Below are positions 19,245 through 28,200 of a DNA stretch of 64,000 nucleotides, piece by piece (the first letter of the stretch is position 1; every line of letters starts with the position of its first letter). Under the pieces are notes generated by a model. That model saw only the letters and a program-made list of their open reading frames with translations, searched no databases and was not told the origin of the DNA. Both the position numbers and the translations under genes were made by a program. Location: assembly GCA_963729605.1 (NCBI GenBank), contig CAVSNY010000006.1, positions 32,001 through 96,000 of the forward strand. Direction: 5' to 3'. Source of the stretch: an uncultured Gammaproteobacteria bacterium. Lineage in GTDB: Bacteria > Pseudomonadota > Gammaproteobacteria > DRLM01.

Positions 19245-21302
19245 TTAAGCACTCGCGAACCACGACCCGGATTCATGCGTGCGTTTCTGCACCTTGAAGC
19301 GCGACACCCCGGTTTGCAGGCCATGGGCGGCGTCGTTGAGGCGCTCGATGGCGGAATTGGATTGCCGTATGGAATCCACCGTCTGTTGCGCGGCTTCGTT
19401 GAGCTGGATCATCGCCTGCTTGATCTGATCGGCGCCTTGCGACTGCGATTGCATGCCCTCATGCACGCTTTCAAAACGCGGCGTGAGGGCTTGCACTTGC
19501 TCGATGATTTGTACGAGTTGAGTACCGACCGACTCCACTTCCGCGACGCTGCGCCGCACCTCCTCCGAGAATTTCTCCACGCTCATCACCCCCGCGGTGA
19601 CCGCCGATTGCATCTCCTTCACCATCTGCTCGATGTCCCAGGTGGCCACCGCGGTCTGATCGGCCAAACGGCGAATCTCGGTGGCGACCACCGCGAAGCC
19701 TTGGCCATATTCGCCGGCTTTTTCAGCCTCGATCGCGGCATTGAGAGAAAGCAAGTTGGTCTGATCGGCCACCTTGGTGATGGTGGTGACCACGGTATTA
19801 ATGTTGCTGGCCTTTTCGTTGAGCACTTCGAGTTTGGAGGCGATCGAGGCGGATGCCTCCACCACTTGGTGCATGGTCGATTCCATCTTGTCGAGGCCCG
19901 CCTGGCCGTGACTGGCGGCGGTCGCGGTGGTTTCCGCCACCCGCGCCACTTCCTCCATGGTCCTGACCAGCTCTTTCGACGTGGCGGAAATTTCGGTGGA
20001 CGTCGCGACGATCTCGTTGACCGTGGCGGCCTGTTCGGCGGCGGTCGCCTCCTGTTGTTTGGCGGTGGCGGCGATTTCAGTGGCCGATGAAGTCACTTGG
20101 ATACCCGACTGCTGGACTTGATTGACCAGCCCGCCCAGGTTGTCGACCATTTTTTGTACACCGTTCGCCAATTTGCCGATGGTGTCTTCGCCGCGGATTT
20201 CCAAACGTCCCGTCAAATCGCCCTCCGCGGCACGGATCACCACGCCGAGTATGGTGTCCACCTTTTGCTGAAGATCATCCATCGCCCGGCGCCTGTCTTC
20301 AATCAGTTCGCGCAAATTGTCGATCATCTTCTGCAAGCCCTTGCCAAGCTTGCCGATCGCATCTTCGCCGGAAAAAGGGACCTTACTGGTCAAATCGCCC
20401 GACGCGGTTTTGTCCACCGCATCCAAAAGGATGTTGACCTTGTTCGCCAACTCCTCCGCAATCTGCCGTTCGCGTTCCTGGTGTTCGCGCTCCCGTTGAG
20501 TCGATGAATCGACATTATCCGCCATGGAGTTGAAGGCCATGGCGAGTTTGCCCAGCTCATCGTTGTTGTGGACCACCGCCCGCACACTGTTATTGCCGCT
20601 CGTGCGCGCGTTCAAGGTATCCATCAAGTTTTGCAGCGGGCGGGATATCCAGCCGCGGAACAGAAGATTGACGACCAACAAGCCGCCCATCAGCAACACT
20701 ACATTCGCGAGCGCGCCGACCCACAATTCCTTTTCAACGCCGGCGTCCATATCGGCTAAGGAATAGGTCAAACGGATAGCGCCGTTCACCGACCCCGAGG
20801 GGACTTGATGACATTGCAGGCAATTAACGCCGCGCGTATCGGCGGTGGCTCGAAAGGGCGTCATGACGGTGACCGTGCGCCCCTTTTCGTTCTTGCCCAC
20901 CACCAAGATGTCTTCCCCCATCAAGGCCCTTTGATCGAGATCGTCCATGGGCTGCTCTTCGGGGAAACCGACGCCGAATTGTGCTTTTACCGGTAAACCC
21001 CGAACGACTCTCGCCTCGAGGACATTGGTACGGCGCAGCATTTTTTCGCGCAGGATATTTCTCTGGTCCATAGTGCCGGTCAGCATCATGGTATTGAGGC
21101 TGTCGAAATACAATGTCGAGGTGTCTTTGATTTGCGTTTCCGCCAACAGAAGAATGGCTTCTTTTTGGCGGATACCGGAATAAATCGTCACGGAGCCAAC
21201 GACCAGTATGAAGATCATGGCCACGGTGAAATTGATTTTTGCGCGCACGGATAAACGATTGGCGAAGGGAAGCCGATTAACGATGGTTTGCATGGTATGC
21301 AT
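19245..21302 (-). CDS. wspA: Methyl-accepting chemotaxis protein (WspA-like) with periplasmic CxxCH domain and three HAMP domains
   Basis: TM, periplasmic domain with CLQCH, TM, three HAMP-like repeats; signalling domain [34 protein letters not shown]. Confidence 0.88.
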   Translation of the reverse strand: MHTMQTIVNRLPFANRLSVRAKINFTVAMIFILVVGSVTIYSGIRQKEAILLLAETQIKDTSTLYFDSLNTMMLTGTMDQRNILREKMLRRTNVLEARVVRGLPVKAQFGVGFPEEQPMDDLDQRALMGEDILVVGKNEKGRTVTVMTPFRATADTRGVNCLQCHQVPSGSVNGAIRLTYSLADMDAGVEKELWVGALANVVLLMGGLLVVNLLFRGWISRPLQNLMDTLNARTSGNNSVRAVVHNNDELGKLAMAFNSMADNVDSSTQREREHQERERQIAEELANKVNILLDAVDKTASGDLTSKVPFSGEDAIGKLGKGLQKMIDNLRELIEDRRRAMDDLQQKVDTILGVVIRAAEGDLTGRLEIRGEDTIGKLANGVQKMVDNLGGLVNQVQQSGIQVTSSATEIAATAKQQEATAAEQAATVNEIVATSTEISATSKELVRTMEEVARVAETTATAASHGQAGLDKMESTMHQVVEASASIASKLEVLNEKASNINTVVTTITKVADQTNLLSLNAAIEAEKAGEYGQGFAVVATEIRRLADQTAVATWDIEQMVKEMQSAVTAGVMSVEKFSEEVRRSVAEVESVGTQLVQIIEQVQALTPRFESVHEGMQSQSQGADQIKQAMIQLNEAAQQTVDSIRQSNSAIERLNDAAHGLQTGVSRFKVQKRTHESGSWFASA

Positions 21303-21458
21303 CCTTTTTCATTGCACCACCGAACAATCTGGTGAATGTAATGGCCTGACTAATATGTCATTTTAATAACGCCCCTTTTAGAATGGCCATCGAATCACTT
21401 CGCCGTTCCTTGCGGGACCTGACTGCAAACGGGCACACCTCACGTGAACCCATTGCTA

Positions 21459-21485
21459 TCAACGGCTAAGGGCATTAAAACTTTA
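21459..21485 (-). promoter_or_regulatory. Putative sigma28 (FliA) promoter of the wsp operon
   Basis: Minus strand TAAAGTTT-N11-GCCGTTGA versus consensus TAAAGTTT-N11-GCCGATAA. Confidence 0.65.
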
Positions 21486-21536
21486 ACCAGCGCCGCACAC
21501 ATTCCCTGCCGGACCCCTTTACCGACAAAACCAACC

Positions 21537-21561
21537 TTCGCCGCCAAAATTTGGCGACGAA
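21537..21561. promoter_or_regulatory. Palindromic candidate operator
   Basis: TTCGCCGCCAAA-A-TTTGGCGACGAA, 12-bp arms with one mismatch, in the divergent intergenic region. Confidence 0.4.
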
Positions 21562-21860
21562 ATTGACCGTCACAGGAAAGAAACACCATATTTTTATTGA
21601 CGTTACGGAGAAACCCTGTTAAAAATCCACCTTGCGCGGGAATATGACTATTAAAAATTTTTAGCTTTTATAAACACGCGCTCGGTTGGTACTTGGGTAG
21701 GGACATCGATTCCACAAATGACAGTGGTGCTCACATATTTCAGCACCGTTCGCGACCCTGACTTAGGGGCGCGGGTCTGGTTTCCCATTTCTCGGCAATT
21801 GTTCATCATAAATTTATATTGGTGCGGCAACGCATCGTCGGAGTGGCAAGGATGGCCGCC

Positions 21861-24404
21861 ATGAATGGGCTCAATAAAGACGTTATTGAGTTTCCCAAAC
21901 CCAAACCGCGCGCGCCGGAGCCGCGGCGACAAGCCCGCATTCTCATCGTCAACGACCAAGACGATATTCTTCACCTGTTATCGAAAATCCTGACCAAAGA
22001 AGGTCATTTTCAGATCAGCGAGGCCCGCGACGGCGGTGAAGCGATCCGCCGGCTCCGCGGAGAACCGATAGATCTGCTGATCACCGATATTCATATGCCC
22101 CGGTTGGATGGCTGGCGGCTGGCCCGCATGGTGCGTTCCGGTCTATTCAACTGTCCCGCCACCACGCCGATCATCGTGGCCTCGGCCACCTTCAGCGAAC
22201 GCATCGCCGAAACCACCGCCCGCGAATTCGAGGTCAATCGTTTCTTATCCCTGCCGCTGGCAGACCGCGGTGAATTGGTGCGTTCCGTAGAGACCCTCCT
22301 CGCCGACTCCAACCCCATGCTTAAAAAGCCTCGACTGCTGATCATCGAGGACGACCCGGATACCACGATACTTGCGGAACGGATGTTGCGCGGCCGCTTC
22401 GACATCGAAACGGTGGGGGACGGTGACGCGGGTCTGGCGTCGTGGCGTAAACAGCACCATGACCTGGTGTTGCTGGACGTCATGCTGCCCAAGATGGCGG
22501 GGCCGGAAGTGCTGCGCACGATACTGGCGGAAGACCCGCAGCAGACCATCATTATCATGACCGCCGACAGCAGCGCCGAACGTTGTGAATCGCTGATGCT
22601 GGAGGGCGCGGTCGATTTCGTGTCCAAACCATTTCACGCCAACCAATTGCGCCAAATTTGTGAAATCGCGGTACGGCGGGCCGACTGCCTGGTCAGCAAT
22701 CATCAGTTCTCGGAGCGCACCCGCGCCCTCAAGACCGCGCAAAGCCACTACCACAAAATCGTCGACGCCCATCAGCGCTTGCTGGACAATCTCAGCTCGG
22801 TGGTATTTGAACTCGACCCCGACGGCCGGCTGCGTTTTCTCAACCGTGCCTGGGAACAGCTCAGTCATTTCAAAACCCACGAGAGCATCGGCCGGTTTCT
22901 TTACGACTTTCTGGCGCCACTGGACCGCGGCCAATGCCGCAGCGTCATCCGCGCCTTGGCGCAAGGCCGTAAACAGCACCACGAACAGGAAGTCCGCCTG
23001 CTCAGTAAACGCGGTGAGACGGTGTGGACCGAAATCACCCTCAACGTCAAACCGCATCCGGACACGGGTATCGAAGCGATTTTCGGCCACCTTACCGACA
23101 TTACCGAGCGCAAATTGGCCATGGCCCAATTGGAGCATCTGGCCATCCACGATTCGCTGACCGGCTTATACAACCGCCGCTACTTCGAAATCGGTCTGGA
23201 ACATATGGCCGCCAGCAGCGCCCGCTCCGCGGGCTCCCACGCGCTGCTCTACATCGACCTCGACCACTTCCAAATAGTCAACGACGCGATAGGCCATCGC
23301 GAAGGCGACATGGTGCTCAAGGAAATCGCCACTTTATTATCCTCCCGCACCCGGGAGGCCGACTTGCTATGTCGGATCGGCGGCGATGAATTCGCGATCC
23401 TGCTCACCCACGCCGATGCCGAGCAAGCCACGGCCGCCGCCTACGGCCTCGTCGAAGTCATCAACAATTTCCGTTACCGCCACGAGGGGCTCGAAATCGC
23501 CTTGGGATGCAGCATCGGCATCAGCCTGATCGACGGCGGTCAACCGTCGGGCGCGGTCCATCTCATGCAAGCGGACAAGGCCAGTTTCTCGGCGAAAAAC
23601 CGCGGCCGCAATCTGGTCCATATCTACAATCCGGCCGACAAGGACAGCGACGAATTACGGCAGAGCATCGACTGGGCCCACCGGGTCCGGCAGGCCATCA
23701 ACGAGGATCGTTTGGAACTCTATGTCCAACCCATCCTCGAACTCGCCACCGGCAAGATCAATCATTACGAGGCGCTGTTGCGCCTGCGCACCCGCGAACC
23801 CGTCGACATCATCACGCCGGGCATTTTTATCCCCGCCGTGGAAAAGGCCGGGCAAATCCACATGCTCGACCGCTGGGTCATCAAACGCGCCATTCAAATG
23901 TTGTCCACTCAAAACCGGTTGTCCCAACTGGCGATCAACCTCTCCGGCCACGCCTTCGCCGATCCCGATCTACTCGGCTTCGTCCAAAACGAGTTGGATA
24001 GCCAGCGAGTGGACCCCAAGCGGATCATCTTCGAGATCACCGAAACCGCGAGCGTGGCCAATATCAATGAAACCCAGCGCATGATCAACCAGCTACAGAG
24101 CCTGGGTTGCCGCTTCGCCCTCGACGATTTCGGCACGGGCTTCTGTTCGTTCCATTACCTGCGGCATCTCCCTACCGACTTTCTGAAATTAGACGGTTCG
24201 TACATCAAAAACATCGCCGATAACGACCTCGACTTCGCCATGGTGCGTTCCATGAACGACATCGCCCACATCCTCGGCAAAAAAACCATTGCGGAATGTG
24301 TCGAAACACCGGCCGTCCTGCATCGTCTGCGAGAAATCGGCGTGGACTACGTTCAAGGACACGGCATAGGGCATGCCTTACCCCTGGAGTTTTACTCCGC
24401 TTAA
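21861..24404 (+). CDS. REC-REC-PAS-GGDEF-EAL c-di-GMP signalling protein
   Basis: Two receiver domains (LLITDIHMP; VLLDVMLP..SKPF), PAS ending DITERK, RIGGDEF with READ I-site, YEALLR and DDFGTG; start 21852 or 21861. Confidence 0.9.
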   Translation: MNGLNKDVIEFPKPKPRAPEPRRQARILIVNDQDDILHLLSKILTKEGHFQISEARDGGEAIRRLRGEPIDLLITDIHMPRLDGWRLARMVRSGLFNCPATTPIIVASATFSERIAETTAREFEVNRFLSLPLADRGELVRSVETLLADSNPMLKKPRLLIIEDDPDTTILAERMLRGRFDIETVGDGDAGLASWRKQHHDLVLLDVMLPKMAGPEVLRTILAEDPQQTIIIMTADSSAERCESLMLEGAVDFVSKPFHANQLRQICEIAVRRADCLVSNHQFSERTRALKTAQSHYHKIVDAHQRLLDNLSSVVFELDPDGRLRFLNRAWEQLSHFKTHESIGRFLYDFLAPLDRGQCRSVIRALAQGRKQHHEQEVRLLSKRGETVWTEITLNVKPHPDTGIEAIFGHLTDITERKLAMAQLEHLAIHDSLTGLYNRRYFEIGLEHMAASSARSAGSHALLYIDLDHFQIVNDAIGHREGDMVLKEIATLLSSRTREADLLCRIGGDEFAILLTHADAEQATAAAYGLVEVINNFRYRHEGLEIALGCSIGISLIDGGQPSGAVHLMQADKASFSAKNRGRNLVHIYNPADKDSDELRQSIDWAHRVRQAINEDRLELYVQPILELATGKINHYEALLRLRTREPVDIITPGIFIPAVEKAGQIHMLDRWVIKRAIQMLSTQNRLSQLAINLSGHAFADPDLLGFVQNELDSQRVDPKRIIFEITETASVANINETQRMINQLQSLGCRFALDDFGTGFCSFHYLRHLPTDFLKLDGSYIKNIADNDLDFAMVRSMNDIAHILGKKTIAECVETPAVLHRLREIGVDYVQGHGIGHALPLEFYSA

Positions 24405-24541
24405 AATCGTCGCGCCCGCTCATCCTGCGTGCAACGATAAACGGCGGACCGATCGACAATTCGCAATATTCACTCGATACAATTTGTTGCAAGCAATCCG
24501 ACAGTCTATTATTGTGTGTATCTGTATCCGGGAGAACGTTG

Positions 24542-26506
24542 ATGTCGTCTATCACCCCTAGCGATGCTCTTAATAAGAATAACGAATATCATGACACCTC
24601 CCGAGCACAGCCTTTCAGTGCCGCGGACCTGATACTTTATTACCTGGAACAACTCGACATCGATTTCGTGTTCGGCATCCCCGGCGGGAGCATCGAGCCT
24701 TTATATAATGCCTTGGCCCGCAGCCAACGCCGCGGTGGGCCCCGCCCGGTCGTGGCCCGCCACGAAACCGGCGCGGCCTTCATGGCCGACGGCTACGCCC
24801 GCGAGACCGGTAAGCTCGGCGTGTGTTGCGCCACCACCGGCCCCGGCGCCACCAATATGCTCACCGGCGTGGCCTCCGCCTACCAAGACCAAATCCCCCT
24901 TCTGGCGATCACCGCCCAAACGCCGCTTCGCACCTTTGGCCGCGGCGCGGTGCAAGAATCCAGCTGCACCGGCATCAACACCGTGGCCATGTATGAACAC
25001 TGTACCCGCTACAACACCCTGGTCTCGCACGTCGATCAGTTGGAGCGCAAATTGATCAGCGCCATCACCATCGCCATGCAGCCGCCTTGCGGTCCGGTGC
25101 ATTTGAGCATTCCGCTGGACGTACTCCGCGAACCGGTGAACATCCAACCCGGCCATAATCTCAAATCCCTGCTTTATCCCTCCTTTGCCGTGGATGACGA
25201 AGCAGTCGATCAGCTGCAGAATACCTTGCGCACGTCCCGCAATGCCGTATTCGTGTTGGGCGCCGGCGCGGGCAAGGCGGTGGGTACCATTCTTGAAATC
25301 GCCGTACTGCTCAATGCGCATGTCATTACCACTCCTCACGGCAAAGGCCTGATCAGCGCTTATCATCCCCAATACCGGGGCGTATATGGGCTGGCGGGCC
25401 ATCCCACCGCGCACGGTCTGCTCAAGGATCCCAGCGTGGACGTCGTGCTGGCGATCGGCACCGACCTGGACGAACAGGCGACCAACAGTTGGGACCACAG
25501 CGCCCTGATGGGTAAAAAAGTGGTGTTCATCGACTCCACGCCTCAGCATTTCTCCCGTTCGCCCATGGCGCGTCAACACATCAGCGGCAATCTGCGCAGC
25601 CTGTTCGAAAGACTGATCGGCCGTTTATACAGCAACCGCAAAGATCAGCAGGACGTGTTCTGGCAATTTTCCGAACATAATCGGCCGCGCAATTTTCCGG
25701 TCGTGCAATTCGACCGCCGCGCCAGCGACCGCCGCCACCTCACGCCTCGGCCGCATTTTTCGGAAGGCGTCACTCCGCTGCGCACCAAGGAAAACCGCCA
25801 AACGCTGGACCGGCGCCGCGACCTCGCCATCCCGCAGACCGCGCGCCGCTTCGCGTTAAAAGACGAGGACAAATATATCTCCAACGCCGTCCCCATCAAA
25901 CCGCAACGGCTGATGTACGATTTATCCCGGCTCTTCCCACCCACCACCCGTTTTCTCGCCGATATCGGCAATAGTTTCCTGTGGGTCATCCATTATCTGC
26001 ACCCCTACGACCGCCGAATCATCGGTGACCGCGCCCTCGCCTCCGGCCTGATCCGGCTGGGCATGGGCTTCGCTTCCATGGGTTGGGCCATCAGCGCCGC
26101 GGTGGGCACCGCGGTCGCCTGTCGCGGCAATCCGGTAGTCTGCATCGCCGGCGATGGCGCCGTGCTGATGAGCGGCCAGGAATTGAACACCGCGGTGCAG
26201 GAAAAACTGCCTATCATTTACGTCATCCTCAATGATGCCGCCTTCGGCACCGTCAAACATGGCCAACAAATGGCCGGCGCGGAACCCATCGCCTTTGAAT
26301 TGCCTCCCATCGATTTTGTCGCCTACGCCAAATCCATGGGGGCGGACGGTTACCGCATCGATTCGCCCGAGGACATGGCGGCTCTCGACATCGCCGCGCT
26401 CTGCAACCGCGCCGGCCCCACCGTACTCGATGTCCACATCGATCCGCATGAACGGCCGCCCTTGGAACAACGTATCAAAATGCTCAATGTCGATGCCAAC
26501 GCATAG
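24542..26506 (+). CDS. Thiamine-diphosphate-dependent enzyme (acetolactate-synthase-like fold) with Arg-rich insertion
   Basis: FGIPGG, RHETGAAFMADGYAR (catalytic Glu), TTGPGATN, GDGA..ELNT..VILND ThDP/Mg motif; GGAG RBS at 24531. Confidence 0.88.
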   Translation: MSSITPSDALNKNNEYHDTSRAQPFSAADLILYYLEQLDIDFVFGIPGGSIEPLYNALARSQRRGGPRPVVARHETGAAFMADGYARETGKLGVCCATTGPGATNMLTGVASAYQDQIPLLAITAQTPLRTFGRGAVQESSCTGINTVAMYEHCTRYNTLVSHVDQLERKLISAITIAMQPPCGPVHLSIPLDVLREPVNIQPGHNLKSLLYPSFAVDDEAVDQLQNTLRTSRNAVFVLGAGAGKAVGTILEIAVLLNAHVITTPHGKGLISAYHPQYRGVYGLAGHPTAHGLLKDPSVDVVLAIGTDLDEQATNSWDHSALMGKKVVFIDSTPQHFSRSPMARQHISGNLRSLFERLIGRLYSNRKDQQDVFWQFSEHNRPRNFPVVQFDRRASDRRHLTPRPHFSEGVTPLRTKENRQTLDRRRDLAIPQTARRFALKDEDKYISNAVPIKPQRLMYDLSRLFPPTTRFLADIGNSFLWVIHYLHPYDRRIIGDRALASGLIRLGMGFASMGWAISAAVGTAVACRGNPVVCIAGDGAVLMSGQELNTAVQEKLPIIYVILNDAAFGTVKHGQQMAGAEPIAFELPPIDFVAYAKSMGADGYRIDSPEDMAALDIAALCNRAGPTVLDVHIDPHERPPLEQRIKMLNVDANA

Positions 26507-26527
26507 TCCAAGCAGCGGATCGAGGTC

Positions 26528-27349
26528 ATGACAGACAAAAGCGATAAATTCAACACCCGGATTTGGGACGAAGTGCCCGAGGCCGACAACCCTTTCGCCG
26601 CCGCCGCCAGTTTTTGTCATGGTTATAATGTGTACGGCGACCTGCTCGGCAAAGCCGGTTGGATAGAATACCTCTATCTCTTGTTTCTCGGTGAACCTCC
26701 CTCACGACAGCAAGCCACGTTATTGGAAGGTATTGCCGTCGCCCTCGCCAATCCCGGCATACGGGATCATAGCGTTCATGCCGCAATGAACGGCGGGGTT
26801 GGCGGCTCCACCAGCGCCGCCTGTTTGATGGCGGCCCTCGCGGTCGGCGCGGGACAACTCGGCGGCGCACACGAAGTGTATCGGGCGATGGAATACTGGC
26901 ACAGCGGCGGCCTCGATTCCGCCGCCTGGGAAACCCTGCTGCGCAATCCACCGCAGGAAGAGCGGATCGATATCTGGCTGCCCATGGAACATCCCCCCGG
27001 GTTCGATCCTCACGGCGCCAGTTGCAGCACACCGGTCCGCCAAACCTTGGCCTACCTCAGCGGGTGTAGCCCCGGTCCGCATTTGGCTTGGCTGCAAGAA
27101 CAGCGGGAGAGACTCGAAAAAATCGCCGATGCCCCCCTTGCGATGAGCGGGGTGGCGGCCGCTACCTTCATGGATCTCTCCCTCAGCGCGGACCAAGGGG
27201 AGATGCTTTATTTACTGCTGCGTCTGCCCGGCGCCGCCGTTCACGCGTTAGAACAGAAGGAATATGGCTGGCGACGATTTCCGTTTTTTGCTGGCGCCAT
27301 AAAAATGAACAACAACCCTGACACGCGAAGCTCGGCTGCGATTTTGTAG
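26528..27349 (+). CDS. Citrate synthase / citryl-CoA lyase-fold protein A (non-canonical active site)
   Basis: HGYNVYGDLLG, YLLFLGEPPS, GGA, PGF, LLRLPG..HALEQ follow the citryl-CoA lyase pattern. Confidence 0.7.
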   Translation: MTDKSDKFNTRIWDEVPEADNPFAAAASFCHGYNVYGDLLGKAGWIEYLYLLFLGEPPSRQQATLLEGIAVALANPGIRDHSVHAAMNGGVGGSTSAACLMAALAVGAGQLGGAHEVYRAMEYWHSGGLDSAAWETLLRNPPQEERIDIWLPMEHPPGFDPHGASCSTPVRQTLAYLSGCSPGPHLAWLQEQRERLEKIADAPLAMSGVAAATFMDLSLSADQGEMLYLLLRLPGAAVHALEQKEYGWRRFPFFAGAIKMNNNPDTRSSAAIL

Positions 27350-27361
27350 GAGTATACGACA

Positions 27362-28198
27362 TTGCGTTCGCCATCCGCCCTGCTCAGCAATGAAAACAAC
27401 TGGCACACGACCGCCGGTTCGGCATTACCAGGACAACCCGTCATATATCGAGACAAAGATCTTTTTAAGGACCTCAAGGATTCCCGCTGGCTGCAGTTAT
27501 TAATGTATGGAATAACCGGCCGCTCTTTTGACGAGAAACAAATCAAGCTCCTTGAAGGCATCTGGGTTATATGCACGAGTTATCCCGAGGCCCGCTTATG
27601 GAATAACCGGATCGCGGCCCTGGCCGGCACCGTTAGGACCACGGGTTCTTTAGGTATTGCAGCCGCGATTGCCGCCTCCGAGGCAAGTATCTATGGCCAA
27701 AGACCGGCAATTAAAAGCATAGAATTCTTAATTCGCACCCAAGAAAACCTCGACAAGGGACATAATTTAAAAACCTTGATCACCCATGAGCTAAAAACGC
27801 AGCGTGTAATCCCTGGGTACGGACGCCCACTCATTGGTACCGATGAACGGATTCCCGTAATGATGTCTCTCGCCGAAGAGCTTGGCTATGCGAACGGGTC
27901 CTATGTGAAGCTCGCCTTTGACATAGAAAAGACTTTGCTTGATGGACGTTGGAGGCTTCACATGAACGCGGCGAGTTTGATCGCGGCCTTAGTGGCCGAC
28001 CAAGGCATCAAAGCACGAGAACATTACCTTTATATGATCCAATGTTTCACAGCAGGTATGCTTCCTTGTTATGTCGAAAGTGCGTCCCACCCTGAGGGTA
28101 CTTTTTTGCCAATCCGATGTAGCGGCATCAATTATATCGGGCCACAAAGACGGGCATGGACGAGCGCGGGCACTCAACACAATGCGTCAAAAATGTAA
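27362..28198 (+). CDS. Citrate synthase / citryl-CoA lyase-fold protein B (non-canonical active site)
   Basis: VIYRDKDL, ITGR, IPGYGRP..DER, HMN; TTG start with AGGAG RBS overlapping the upstream stop. Confidence 0.7.
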   Translation: MRSPSALLSNENNWHTTAGSALPGQPVIYRDKDLFKDLKDSRWLQLLMYGITGRSFDEKQIKLLEGIWVICTSYPEARLWNNRIAALAGTVRTTGSLGIAAAIAASEASIYGQRPAIKSIEFLIRTQENLDKGHNLKTLITHELKTQRVIPGYGRPLIGTDERIPVMMSLAEELGYANGSYVKLAFDIEKTLLDGRWRLHMNAASLIAALVADQGIKAREHYLYMIQCFTAGMLPCYVESASHPEGTFLPIRCSGINYIGPQRRAWTSAGTQHNASKM

Positions 28199-28200
28199 TT

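Noticed and set aside
21303-21860. c-di-GMP riboswitch or small ORF 21651-21974 in the divergent intergenic region
   Set aside because: No recognisable riboswitch consensus; the ORF overlaps the start of the GGDEF-EAL gene antisense and has no motif.
24542-26506. Calling the ThDP enzyme ilvB/ilvI
   Set aside because: No regulatory small subunit or ilvC nearby, divergent sequence and a large insert; left as a family-level call.
26528-28198. Calling the pair gltA/prpC/ccl
   Set aside because: Shorter than GltA/PrpC and missing the canonical catalytic motifs.
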